In this document: positions 49,151 through 58,861 of the stretch, in pieces | Position numbering within the stretch: the stretch's first letter is position 1 | Layout of the letters: every line of letters starts with the position of its first letter | Source of the DNA: Planctomycetota bacterium | GTDB taxonomy: Bacteria; Planctomycetota; Phycisphaerae; WQYP01 | Length of the DNA: 64,000 nt | Direction: 5' to 3' | Assembly: GCA_021819825.1 (NCBI GenBank) | Contig: JAKAEZ010000001.1 | Location: forward strand, 3,521 to 67,520 | The notes under the pieces: model-generated | Seen by the model: the letters and a program-made list of their open reading frames with translations, nothing else | What the model was told of the DNA's origin: nothing | The model's database searches: none | Position numbers and translations under genes: made by a program

Positions 49151-50503
49151 CTATCTGGCCTCCGCCTTGGCCTTGGATGATCCGCAGCATTGCTTATACT
49201 TCCGACCCGAATTGCAGGGACAGGGAGCGTTGCGACCGGGCGGTTTGCCCGCGAAATTACGCGCGGCTGTTTGATTGCGTGCCAGCAGCCCCATGATTTC
49301 CGCCGGAGCATGTCCCGCTTTAAGCAGTCGCGCCATGGTTTCCATGTAGGGTCGAATATGATGCAGAAAGTGTTTATAGCCGGCGCACAGATAATTCAAT
49401 CCCGGTTCACCGTCGGGTGTATGGATAAAGCGATTTTTGGGGCACTCTCCATTGCAGGCAAATTTCACATCGCACCGGCGACAATATTCGGGCAGCGTGG
49501 TAACTTTATCACTTCCAAAGGTTTTTTGCTTGGGGGAATCAACAAGCCGTTCCAAGGGTGTATCGTTAATGTTTCCCAGGAAGTATTCCGGAGATACATA
49601 ATGGTCGCAGGCGTAAAGGTCACCCGTGTGCTCAATGGCTAAAGCCCGTCCACAGGTTTCACCAAATACACACAAGGCTGAACCGTACCCCGCCCAGATT
49701 CCCAGTTGGACATCAAAAGTCTGGATATAAATACGCCCTACATCCCGGCGCACCCAAACGTCAAAAATGTCGGACAGAAATTTACCGAATTGCAGCGGTT
49801 CAACTGACCAGGGGGCTACGGCATCTTGGGGTTGCAGAATGTTTAAAGGCCCACACTTCGTCAGGTGGCCGGCTGCGCCGCCTATGCGTTCAACCAGCGG
49901 AATAAACTGCATATATCCGCTGCCATGCTCACGCAGAAATTCATAAACCTCAATGGGTTGATAGGCCAGTTCGCGATGGACCACGGTTAGCGTGTTGAAG
50001 TCCACCTTGTATTCCTTAAGCAACTGCAAGCCGCGCCATACTTGGTCAAATGTCGGCTTGCCGGAGCGCGTGACTCTATAGCGGTCGTGCAATTCACGCG
50101 GCCCATCCAATGAAATGCCGACGAGAAAGTGATTCTCGGCAAGAAATCGGCACCAGGCCGCAGTAAGCAGAGTTCCATTGGTCTGAATAGCATTGCTGAC
50201 GCGCTTTTCCGGTGGGCAGAATCGCTTTTGCAATGAAACCACACGCTCAAAGAATTCCATTCCAAGCAGTGTTGGCTCGCCGCCCTGCCACGCGAACGGA
50301 ATTTCGTCTCCCGGTTCCGCCGCAATGTATTGACGCACGTAAGCTTCAAGTGTCTGATGGTTCATCCGGAAGTCAGAGGCTTTGTGATGTTCCGGAAACA
50401 GCGATTCTTTTTTCAGGTAAAAGCAATATTGACAATTCAGATTGCAGATCGGGCCAATCGGTTTGCTTAAAATATGAAATGGTCCATTTGCAGTCATAAG
50501 CAC
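49151..50503 (-). CDS. anaerobic sulfatase-maturating enzyme (radical SAM/SPASM) with C-terminal SEC-C-type motif
   Basis: CNLNCQYC radical-SAM cluster, SPASM cysteines (CDHYV.., YCRRCDVKFACNGECPKNR), and the tail ..APCPCNSGRKYKQCCG. Confidence 0.9.
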   Translation of the reverse strand: MLMTANGPFHILSKPIGPICNLNCQYCFYLKKESLFPEHHKASDFRMNHQTLEAYVRQYIAAEPGDEIPFAWQGGEPTLLGMEFFERVVSLQKRFCPPEKRVSNAIQTNGTLLTAAWCRFLAENHFLVGISLDGPRELHDRYRVTRSGKPTFDQVWRGLQLLKEYKVDFNTLTVVHRELAYQPIEVYEFLREHGSGYMQFIPLVERIGGAAGHLTKCGPLNILQPQDAVAPWSVEPLQFGKFLSDIFDVWVRRDVGRIYIQTFDVQLGIWAGYGSALCVFGETCGRALAIEHTGDLYACDHYVSPEYFLGNINDTPLERLVDSPKQKTFGSDKVTTLPEYCRRCDVKFACNGECPKNRFIHTPDGEPGLNYLCAGYKHFLHHIRPYMETMARLLKAGHAPAEIMGLLARNQTAARNFAGKPPGRNAPCPCNSGRKYKQCCGSSKAKAEAR

Positions 50504-50509
50504 CTAGTG

Positions 50510-50531
50510 CCCTGTTCCGGCCATACCTTCA
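50510..50531. repeat. solo copy of the terminal 22-mer of the 58.2-kb inverted-repeat element
   Basis: CTAGTGCCCTGTTCCGGCCATA matches 58202-58223 at 21 of 22 positions. It lies 7 nt upstream of the anSME start codon. Confidence 0.5.
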
Positions 50532-50791
50532 TCGCAGGTACAATCTAACAGAAAGATCGTATCGAAGTCCACAGTCCGGAAGCAAATGTCTGGCATCTAA
50601 TTCTCTGTGAAAATCGCTCTCTTCCTGTGAATACAGGAAATTACTTTCCACTTATGCGCGATATGATGCCTATTTTGCGCCAAAAATGGCAACCAATCGT
50701 GTATGCTTATAAAAATTATAATAAGGATAATAAATCCGAGTATTTGTGATTTACAACTCCTGACGCGGAGCCGCAGAAGAAGGACGTTTTC

Positions 50792-52273
50792 ATGTTGACG
50801 CATACCACGATTGCCATTGGTTTGGCGCTGTACATTCTGGGAATGCTGGCGGCATCGCTATTCTGGATGCGACGGGTGTCATCGCCATCGGATTATCTGG
50901 TGGGCGGGCGAAGTTTTCCGTACTGGATTCTCACCGGTACAACAACGGCGGGGTGCATCGGTGCGGGCGTGATGGTCGGGGCATCGGGACTGGCGTACAG
51001 TCACGGTTGGGCCGGTGCAGCCTACCCGATCGGTCTGGGTTTGGGTACGGCAATCGCGGGCTTACTTTTTGGCGTCATGCGGCGCTATAAATTCATGACT
51101 CTAAGTGAGGAAATAGCCTCTTATTACGACAATAATCGGATCGTTGTCGAATTTTCGAATGTGACGCTTTTTCTATCCCAATTGGGATGGCTGACGGCTC
51201 AAATTATTGGAGGCGCGGCGGTGCTTGGCGTGGTTACCACCCTACCGCACGGCTGGTGTGTCCTGGCGACAACATTGGTCACTGCGATCATTGCGATTCC
51301 TGGAGGACTTAAAAGCGTTGTGTACACGGACTTTCTGCAGGCCATTATTTTACTGACGGGATTCACTTTTCTGGCCGGCTCGGCACTGCATCACACTGGT
51401 GGATTATCCGGCCTGCTGCACGACGTTCCGCCGGACTACCGTTCATTTCTGGGAGTTGCCTCCTACGGCGGATGGAATATCGCCGGTTTGATCGTTACAT
51501 TTGTGCTGGCAGTCATCGCAGATCCCGGAAGGCGATTAAGCATGTATGGGGCGCGTACGCAGCGCGGTGCCCGATGGGCGATGGTCACTGCGGGACTCAT
51601 TGTCATCGCCTTTTCCAGCGTTATCGCAATTGTCGGCATGTACGCATATCACCTTGATCCTCACATGAAGAATCCGGATCAGTCGCTGCTATGGCTGGTA
51701 ATGCGGGTGCTGCCTTCCTGGCTGGCCGCGTTTGTCGTGGTGGCCGTGGCGTCCGGAATAATCTCATGCGCCAACTACAACGTCATTGCATCAGGCTCAT
51801 TTTTTGTTCGTCACATTTATCCTCTGGTGACCGGGCGTTATCCCAAGCGGCCACTTCCCGCGGTGCGGCTGGCACTGGCCGGGGCCTTGCTGGTAGCGGG
51901 TTTGCTGGCCTATCATGCGCGAACAATCGTACAATTTGTCATTGAATTTCTGCCCGTAACCATGAGCGGGCTGGCTATTATTATTCTCGTTGGCAGGTTC
52001 TCACGGCGCGGAACGTGGCAAGGTGCCGTCGCGGCCCTGATAACAACACCGATTGCGTCGCTGGCGCTGATGCAACTGCCGGCTTCTGATCCCATGTGGC
52101 GCAATCCAATCGTGCCGGCCATCGTGGGGGCTTTGGCCCACCTGGCGGTAAGCGCAGTAACACCGCCAAGCCGGCACAGCTTTGAGGAGATTGCAAATGA
52201 ACTGGCACGCGATCGCCAGAATATCGAAACCAGCCCGTCAGGTGCCGTCACGCCTGCGATAATATCCGGTTGA
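50792..52273 (+). CDS. sodium:solute symporter (SSS) family transporter
   Basis: 493 aa with ~13 TM helices and the SSS-type N-terminal pattern (..DYLVGGRSFPYW..). Confidence 0.85.
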   Translation: MLTHTTIAIGLALYILGMLAASLFWMRRVSSPSDYLVGGRSFPYWILTGTTTAGCIGAGVMVGASGLAYSHGWAGAAYPIGLGLGTAIAGLLFGVMRRYKFMTLSEEIASYYDNNRIVVEFSNVTLFLSQLGWLTAQIIGGAAVLGVVTTLPHGWCVLATTLVTAIIAIPGGLKSVVYTDFLQAIILLTGFTFLAGSALHHTGGLSGLLHDVPPDYRSFLGVASYGGWNIAGLIVTFVLAVIADPGRRLSMYGARTQRGARWAMVTAGLIVIAFSSVIAIVGMYAYHLDPHMKNPDQSLLWLVMRVLPSWLAAFVVVAVASGIISCANYNVIASGSFFVRHIYPLVTGRYPKRPLPAVRLALAGALLVAGLLAYHARTIVQFVIEFLPVTMSGLAIIILVGRFSRRGTWQGAVAALITTPIASLALMQLPASDPMWRNPIVPAIVGALAHLAVSAVTPPSRHSFEEIANELARDRQNIETSPSGAVTPAIISG

Positions 52274-52283
52274 GATCGAAACA

Positions 52284-52307
52284 TGCGGCCTACCTACTTA
52301 GGCCGCA
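52284..52307. terminator. hairpin between convergent genes
   Basis: TGCGGCCTA-6 nt-TAGGCCGCA, a perfect 9-bp stem. It overlaps the stop codon of the minus-strand sulfatase. No clear U-tract. Confidence 0.3.
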
Positions 52308-53793
52308 CCGCCTTAACCATCGGTAGGCCTGTCGCATAATCCAATTGGCGAGGCTCATATTGTTCGTTTTCGCGCTGCCGTGTCATGCCTGTGTATTCCC
52401 ACGTGGCAGCACGTGCATCGGTTCGCCATGCACGACGTTCCCAATAATATCCTCGGAACGGATCACGCGTGCTGTTCATCCAATCAAGCAGACGGTTGTG
52501 CAGTTGATCACGAATACTGCGATAAGCCGGGCTTTCTATAAGATTGACCAGTTCGCACGCATCGCTTTCGAGATCATAAAGTTCATCGGAACTCAGCAGA
52601 TTAATCACCAATTTGTGGCGTCCGTCGCAAACGGCACGCATTGGTTGAAATCCGCCAAATCCGTCATGGTCCACTTCGTACCGACCAAATTCAATGAATA
52701 CCTCGCGATTCCCCGCGATGGAAGGATCGCGGATTGTTGGTAACATGCTCTGTCCGTCCATATCTTGTGGCACGGGCAGGTCGAACGCGTCGAGAATGGT
52801 CGCACTAAGGCCAATGTGGGAAACAGGATGCCGACATACGACATTCCCGGGAGCGTGCTGCGGCCAGCGAATAATTAACGGAACGCGAGCCACTTCATCG
52901 TAGGCCACAGGCCCCTTGTTTGTAATTTTGTGCGAATGCAACGCATCGCCATGATCAGAGGTATAAATCAACAGAGCATCGGAGGCATGTTGTTGCACGG
53001 CGGTAAGCACCCTGCCAATCTGATGATCAACAAATGAATTGCATCCGAGGTAATACGCCATGAGTTGTTGATCGGTTGCCGCGTCACCCTTCTCATGAGA
53101 AACACTGGAGGCCCAGACACGCTGATGCTCCGGCTTATGCTCGAGTGTATCGGCGCAATTGGCCGTGCTCGGCCACTGATAATCTTTATACATTTGTGAG
53201 AACGGCTGCGGACACAAAGACGGATGATGTGGCTCATCGTAAGAAACAACCAGGAAGAAATCTTTTCCGGCGTGCTGACGCAGAAAGTTTATTGCCCGGT
53301 CTGAACAGCGGTGCGCGTAGGTAAATTCGGATGATAGGTTCGGCTGGTTATTGGTCATAATGTCACGAGATCGCAACCGGTCAGACTCCGAGAGTTCCTC
53401 GAGGTAACAGCGCATGTCATACCAGTATTGAGGGTCCCAACCGTCCGGGCATCGTCCCAGTCCGAAATAGTCGCTTCCGTCGAGATGCCATTTGCCCACA
53501 TATCCGCAGTGTAATCCCTGGTCTCTTAGTCGCTGGCCGATAGTTTTAATATTATCGCCAAGTGCCATGTTGTTGGCCCAAGATCCATTGGAATGTGGCC
53601 AGATACCGGTGAATATGGCAGAACGAGCCGGCCCACACACTGGCTGGCAGGTATAAGCTTTTTCAAAGCGCACCGCCTGACGCGACAACGCATCAAGGCA
53701 TGGGGTCCTCATCGCAGTGTTGCCGTAGCAGCCCAGCATGTCGGTGCGCTGTGTATCCGTCAGGATTAAAATAACCTGTTTAGGTTTTTGCAT
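52294..53793 (-). CDS. Cys-type sulfatase without signal peptide (cytoplasmic)
   Basis: MQKPKQVILILTDTQRTD..CQPVCGPARSAIFTG (CxPxR)..SDHGD. Confidence 0.9.
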   Translation of the reverse strand: MQKPKQVILILTDTQRTDMLGCYGNTAMRTPCLDALSRQAVRFEKAYTCQPVCGPARSAIFTGIWPHSNGSWANNMALGDNIKTIGQRLRDQGLHCGYVGKWHLDGSDYFGLGRCPDGWDPQYWYDMRCYLEELSESDRLRSRDIMTNNQPNLSSEFTYAHRCSDRAINFLRQHAGKDFFLVVSYDEPHHPSLCPQPFSQMYKDYQWPSTANCADTLEHKPEHQRVWASSVSHEKGDAATDQQLMAYYLGCNSFVDHQIGRVLTAVQQHASDALLIYTSDHGDALHSHKITNKGPVAYDEVARVPLIIRWPQHAPGNVVCRHPVSHIGLSATILDAFDLPVPQDMDGQSMLPTIRDPSIAGNREVFIEFGRYEVDHDGFGGFQPMRAVCDGRHKLVINLLSSDELYDLESDACELVNLIESPAYRSIRDQLHNRLLDWMNSTRDPFRGYYWERRAWRTDARAATWEYTGMTRQRENEQYEPRQLDYATGLPMVKAVRPK

Positions 53794-53827
53794 GAAGATA
53801 GGCTCCCACAGTAAGGTTTTATACCGC

Positions 53828-55093
53828 TCAACGCCGTTCTGGGTTTTCTACCACAGTTGCATAGACCGTATCAGGCGATGCCTCACGCGGAGAAGCAAGG
53901 TGTGTGGTATACGACGACACTTGCCCCAACTGATGGCGAAATATTCCCGGTGACATCCCGGTCATGGCTTGAAATGCCAGAAGCATGCGGTTCCGATCCA
54001 TAAATCCGGCCCGTGACGATATGGCCTTGAGTGGCAAATCGGTTTCGCGCATGAGTTTCTTGGCCAACTCAACCCGCCAACGCAATATTTCCTGATGAAT
54101 ACCGTGCCCCAGATATTTTTTGAATTTTATTTCCAGCGAGCGTCGTGATGTGCCGGTGGCATTGACGATATCGGTCACGCGCAGGCGACCATTGCTATGC
54201 GAGCGGATAATTCGGATAGCCGAGACGACATCGGCATCGGATATCAGCAGCCGATCTGTAGATTCACGAACGGTGATCGCCGTTGGAGGAACCGTCAACA
54301 AGTGCCGGGTCTTGACCTGCCCTGATAACATCTGGTCCAGAAGCTTAGCGGCTTGATAGCCGATCAACTCAACATTGTAGCGTACGCTTGAAAGAGGCGG
54401 ATTGGCAAGCGTGCATACCAACTCGTTGTCGTCGGCACCCAAAACGGCAATATCATTGGGTACATGCAGATTTAGAACGCGGCATGTGGACAATACCGCC
54501 AGGGCATACTCATCATGACTGCAGAAAATGGCCAATGGCCGCTGACGACGGTCAAACCGTTTGAGCCAGGATCGTAATTTTGGAATCTCGCCGGTCCATT
54601 CAACCGGCTGGTTCTGGGAACTGGAAAAATCATGAAAAGCATTGACAAAAAGACTATCGACAGCATGGCCCTGTGCCCGAAGAACGCTAACAAAACCTTC
54701 GTGACGCTGGTCGGAAAAAAACAGATTGCCTGTGCCGACAAAGGCAAAATGCTGGTAGCCCTTCTTAAGAAAATATTTAGCCGCGGCCGCACCGACTTTT
54801 ATGTCATCAGCCCCCACCCGCCCTCCGGGAGCATGGGGTAGAAAACCACCCACATCGACCGATGGAATGTTGAGTCTCGCGATAACCTGGGCAATTTGCG
54901 GCATCCGAATCGCCCCTATGATGCCGTCGGGTCGCCGACTTTTTATTACTTGAACCGCTTTTAATTCGGGTGAAACGCCCTGCCATATCCAATGGTCAAA
55001 GCCGACAGCATACTGACGGATACCTGTAAGAATCCGCTGCGAATAACCCGGTTTAAGACGAATCAAAAGCATGATATTTCGACGGTTTAGCAT
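53828..55093 (-). CDS. XylR-type regulator (PBP-like sensor plus AraC HTH), second paralog
   Basis: Same architecture as 36179..37390. C-terminus ..LKAISSRAGFMDRNRMLLAFQAMTGMSPGIFR. Confidence 0.85.
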   Translation of the reverse strand: MLNRRNIMLLIRLKPGYSQRILTGIRQYAVGFDHWIWQGVSPELKAVQVIKSRRPDGIIGAIRMPQIAQVIARLNIPSVDVGGFLPHAPGGRVGADDIKVGAAAAKYFLKKGYQHFAFVGTGNLFFSDQRHEGFVSVLRAQGHAVDSLFVNAFHDFSSSQNQPVEWTGEIPKLRSWLKRFDRRQRPLAIFCSHDEYALAVLSTCRVLNLHVPNDIAVLGADDNELVCTLANPPLSSVRYNVELIGYQAAKLLDQMLSGQVKTRHLLTVPPTAITVRESTDRLLISDADVVSAIRIIRSHSNGRLRVTDIVNATGTSRRSLEIKFKKYLGHGIHQEILRWRVELAKKLMRETDLPLKAISSRAGFMDRNRMLLAFQAMTGMSPGIFRHQLGQVSSYTTHLASPREASPDTVYATVVENPERR

Positions 55094-55643
55094 AACAATA
55101 TTGAATCTCACCCGGCCATAATGCAGGCTTTAGTTTTCTCCGGCGACGCCTGCGCGCATTTTTGCGTCTTGCCACCCGTAACGCTTCATTGACTATAACG
55201 CTCATGGCATTATTCACCAAGGCAAAATAATGCAACAGAATCTGTGTATTATGGGTGTATAGCGTCCTGATGAGGGTGAAAATTTCCGGAAAAACCGCAA
55301 TAAATATGGACAAGGTCAATGTACGGGTGGATCTCCGGCCTGGAAAATGGCTTGCGCGAAATGTCGCACTTTCTACGTCAATCGATGTTGTGTATAGGTT
55401 ATAATACTGTATGCAGCCGTAGGTCAGGGCGTGAAAGCAGAGGTTTTTTAGGCGCTATAAAATGGGGCGCATCGGAATTACTTTCTGAACACGCCACTTT
55501 TTCGACATCGTGCCTTGCGGCATTTTTTCTCCGTTAAGGGAGTACTGTTTGTTGTTCAAAATTGCTCATGGCACCGATCAATCAGGCAGTACCTTCTTAT
55601 TCTCATTCACTTACATCAAGGCGTTTACAGGCAGGAGCAATAA

Positions 55644-58205
55644 ATGATGAAACTTGCGGCAAAGCTACGGCAACACTTATTAAAGCACGGGTCGTTGGAT
55701 CGTGCCCTGACCTTACTTATGATCGCGTTTAGCATACTCGTCGGAATTTTCAACCGTGTGCCTCGGGTGACAGGTATGTCAATGGCCGGCGGCAAAACTG
55801 CCGTAACCTCGGCTCGTTCGGTTCGACTGCTGGACAGCCGCTGGCGGCTGCAGACGATGCCGCACTTCACACGCTGGCCAGCCGGTGAAGTATTACATGC
55901 TAAGTATCTTTCCCAACTGCACTGCCCATGGCCCGATGGGGTGTGGACTCCAGTGCATTTACCTGATGATTACGTGGTGGCCGGAAAATTCACCTACCAC
56001 GGTAGAAAGTTCAGCTATCAGGACGTGCATGCGGCGCACGGCTACTTGCCGGTATATCCGGCGTGGTATCGCCGGACATTCAGAGTGCCGGTCACGGCCC
56101 GTAATAAGACCATTTGGTTAAATTTCGGCGGGGTGTATCGGGATTCTGTGGTATTTATCAACGGCCAACTGGTGGGTCAGCATCCCAGCGGTTATACCGG
56201 CTTCCGGTACAACATCGGCAAGTTTTTGCATTACCGCCGGCCTAATACCTTGGCGGTGTTTGTGGATCCGCGGTTTGCGGAAGGCTGGTATTATGAAGGA
56301 GGAGGCATCTACCGCCACGTGCGATTGATCATTACGAATAAACTCCACGTGGCCCCATGGGGCACGTTTATCATCAGCAAAGTACTAGGGAAAATTCATT
56401 GTGGTTCCCCTGCAGGGGATTATGCGTCGGCCGAACTGACCATTCGGACCAAGGTGGTCAACGCCCACCGGAAAGGGCGGAAGTTTGTTCTGAAATCCCA
56501 GATCATCAGCCCGGAAGACAAAGTACTGGCGACGATCTCGAGTTATGAACATTTGTCCCCCGGCGGAACCAAAACGTTCATCCAACATGCGAACATAAGA
56601 AATGCCGCGTTATGGTCGCTAAAGCATTGTAATTTATATCATTTGGCCACGCGTTTGGAGATCAAAGGCATGGCGGTGGATGCCAAGCGCACCACTTTCG
56701 GCATACGCACGCTACGTTTTGATCCGAGTCATGGTTTATTTCTGGACGGTAAGCGCGTGGAAATTAAGGGTACTTGCAATCACCAGGATTTTCCAGCGGT
56801 GGGCATTGGTGTACCAGATAATCTTTGGCGATGGCGGATTGCCAAGCTACAGGCAATGGGGTCCAATGCGTATCGGACGGCACATAATCCGCTGGCCTCA
56901 GCGTTCTACCGTGCCTGCGACCACATGGGGATGCTGGTGATGGATGAGAACCGGCATCTAGGAGACGTTTACACCCCCAAAACCAAGATGGGTGCCGCTT
57001 ATTCTAATCTTTCCGACCTTCAATGGATGATTCTCGCGCAGCGCAATGACCCCTGTGTGATATTCTGGTCGATGTGCAATGAGGAAAATCAACTGGAAGG
57101 TACGCGCGAAGGAGCCAGGATATTCGGTGCGATGATGCACCTGGTTCACCGTCTGGACCCCACTCGTCCGGTCACCTGCGCCATGAACGGCGGCTATAAC
57201 AAACGGGGATTTTTCAGCGTCGAGAATTTGCTGGGCATCAACTACCACTGCAATCTATATGCAAAATTTCATAAACAGTTTCCATCGAAAATGATCTTCG
57301 GCAGCGAAGACTTCAATTGCTTAAGCGCGCGAGGTGTTTTAAAAACCCAACGAAATACAGGGCTGTGTTCCGAATTCGGTGCTCTGTTGGGCCGTGGTAA
57401 GGGGTGGGCCTACAACCATACCCCCTGGCGATCATGGATTCCGGTAGTGACACATCCCTTTGTCGCCGGCGATTTTATCTGGACCGGCTTCGATTATCTG
57501 GGAGAGCCTAATCCTTTCGGTTGGCCAGACGTCACCAGTCAAACTGGCGCGATGGACCGGTGCGGCTTTCCCAAACCTTGCTATTATTACTGGCGCGCAT
57601 GGTGGAACACCGAAAAGCCGTTCGTTTATGTTTTTCCAGCATGGACACTTTCCCGCGCGATGATTGGCCGCCCAGTGCGCGTTCGTTGTTACTCCAACTG
57701 CCCAGAGGTTGCTTTAACCCTGAATGGACGAAGCCTGGGCCAAAAGCATATGCCCCGCTACAAATATGTTGATTGGACCGTACCCTACGAGCCTGGCAAG
57801 TTGACTGTTCGCGGTTACTCCGGCAATCGCGTCGTCAGTAAGTATTCCACTCAGACTGCCGGTGCGCCGAGGGCTCTCAAGCTGGCCGATGAAGTACCAA
57901 CGCTCACGGCTAACGACGAAAGTATCGCTCCGGTCGCTTTGACCATCGTAGATTCGCACGGCTTTCCGGTCATTAACACATCCAATATGGTACAGTTCAG
58001 CATTTCAGGCCCCGGAAGCATCGTCGGTGTGGCAAATGGAGATCCAGCCTGCCATGAACCCTGTGCGGAAAGTCATATCCCTGTTTTCCACGGTAAATGC
58101 CTGGTAATGATCCGTGCGGGCCTTAAGCCGGGCGTCATTGATCTTATTGCTAAAGCGCATGGATTAGCCGAAGCAATATTAAAAATTAGCACGACCACCC
58201 GCTAG
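55644..58205 (+). CDS. GH2 glycoside hydrolase (beta-galactosidase/beta-glucuronidase family)
   Basis: AWYRRTF..FGGVYRDSVVFINGQLVG.., NHQDF..YRTAHNP.., WSMCNEE. Confidence 0.9.
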   Translation: MMKLAAKLRQHLLKHGSLDRALTLLMIAFSILVGIFNRVPRVTGMSMAGGKTAVTSARSVRLLDSRWRLQTMPHFTRWPAGEVLHAKYLSQLHCPWPDGVWTPVHLPDDYVVAGKFTYHGRKFSYQDVHAAHGYLPVYPAWYRRTFRVPVTARNKTIWLNFGGVYRDSVVFINGQLVGQHPSGYTGFRYNIGKFLHYRRPNTLAVFVDPRFAEGWYYEGGGIYRHVRLIITNKLHVAPWGTFIISKVLGKIHCGSPAGDYASAELTIRTKVVNAHRKGRKFVLKSQIISPEDKVLATISSYEHLSPGGTKTFIQHANIRNAALWSLKHCNLYHLATRLEIKGMAVDAKRTTFGIRTLRFDPSHGLFLDGKRVEIKGTCNHQDFPAVGIGVPDNLWRWRIAKLQAMGSNAYRTAHNPLASAFYRACDHMGMLVMDENRHLGDVYTPKTKMGAAYSNLSDLQWMILAQRNDPCVIFWSMCNEENQLEGTREGARIFGAMMHLVHRLDPTRPVTCAMNGGYNKRGFFSVENLLGINYHCNLYAKFHKQFPSKMIFGSEDFNCLSARGVLKTQRNTGLCSEFGALLGRGKGWAYNHTPWRSWIPVVTHPFVAGDFIWTGFDYLGEPNPFGWPDVTSQTGAMDRCGFPKPCYYYWRAWWNTEKPFVYVFPAWTLSRAMIGRPVRVRCYSNCPEVALTLNGRSLGQKHMPRYKYVDWTVPYEPGKLTVRGYSGNRVVSKYSTQTAGAPRALKLADEVPTLTANDESIAPVALTIVDSHGFPVINTSNMVQFSISGPGSIVGVANGDPACHEPCAESHIPVFHGKCLVMIRAGLKPGVIDLIAKAHGLAEAILKISTTTR

Positions 58206-58472
58206 TGCCCTGTTCCAGCCATAATTACGGGTTGATTGGTCTTAATCCGGCCAGATGCAAGGAGTCGGCGGCGAGAACCGGGTTCGTAAACCCCTTGAGC
58301 CGACGCGACGCCGCAGATGGCCGGTTTAAGGCCAACCCTTCGGGCGGGGGCCAAGGGGCCGCGGGCTTTGTCGCTCGTCGTCAACGTATGCATCCATACG
58401 CAATCCTCCTCGCTTCGCGCCCACAACCCCTTGGCCCTCCGTCAACCCGTAATTAAGACCGGAACAGGGCGA
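58206..58472. repeat. ~265-nt structured element bounded by 29-nt imperfect inverted repeats (MITE-like element or unknown ncRNA)
   Basis: 58207-58235 pairs with 58442-58470 at 26 of 29 positions. Internal helices include 58241-52/58319-30, 58348-58/58427-37 and hairpin CGTATG-catc-CATACG. TAG lies on both flanks. Confidence 0.5.
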
Positions 58473-58654
58473 TAGTTTTCCAAAAAGTCAGGAAAAACAT
58501 GGGGTTCAGGGAAGATCAAGCCGGTGCTAAGCCATGCTGTAAAATGAGGATCGCACCCGCAACAACTGATAGAATCAGGTATCTCCGTGCGGCGAGCGTT
58601 GTGTGACATCAGCTCTTTTTAAGAAAAATCGTATCAAAAGTTGCCGGATCAAGC

Positions 58655-58720
58655 GCGATACAAAATCAGAAGTTTTTGTGCACAAATTGGCCTATTTTTA
58701 TTTCCGGCAATGGGCTAAAT
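58655..58720 (+). promoter_or_regulatory. copy C of shared promoter-like motif (GATACAAAATCAGAAG..ACAAATTGGCCTATT..-CTAAAT)
   Basis: TTGGCC 58687-58692 and CTAAAT 58715-58720 (22-nt spacer). Upstream of ATG 58862. Confidence 0.45.
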
Positions 58721-58861
58721 TTCCCTTTGGAACCTTAAAATGGCGTATGAGCGCTGGTGCCGGGACAATCGCAGGATGTTTGGATATTGTCTGGAGCGAA
58801 GAGTTAGACCGGCGGTGCACCGCTAGCCTTAATGGGCCGCCGACTTAGATGAATTGAGGAA

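Noticed and set aside
55319-55537. 72-aa ORF in the XylR/GH2 divergent intergenic region
   Set aside because: It has no ribosome-binding site and no recognisable family. It lies in a 530-bp regulatory region.
58202-58456. ORFs of 74 aa (minus) and 83 aa (plus) inside the inverted-repeat element
   Set aside because: Both are Arg/Gly/Pro-rich. They overlap each other on opposite strands and coincide with GC-rich helices, so they are most likely artefacts of a structured non-coding element.
58206-58472. Retron msr/msd, tmRNA, RNase P, SRP or 6S RNA identity for the structured element, and a tRNA-like T-arm at 58278-58294
   Set aside because: No reverse transcriptase gene is adjacent. None of the conserved signature sequences I know for tmRNA, RNase P or SRP is present. 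The GGGTT-CGTA-AACCC hairpin does not sit in a cloverleaf context. A 6S-like role cannot be excluded, but the element is longer than typical 6S RNA.
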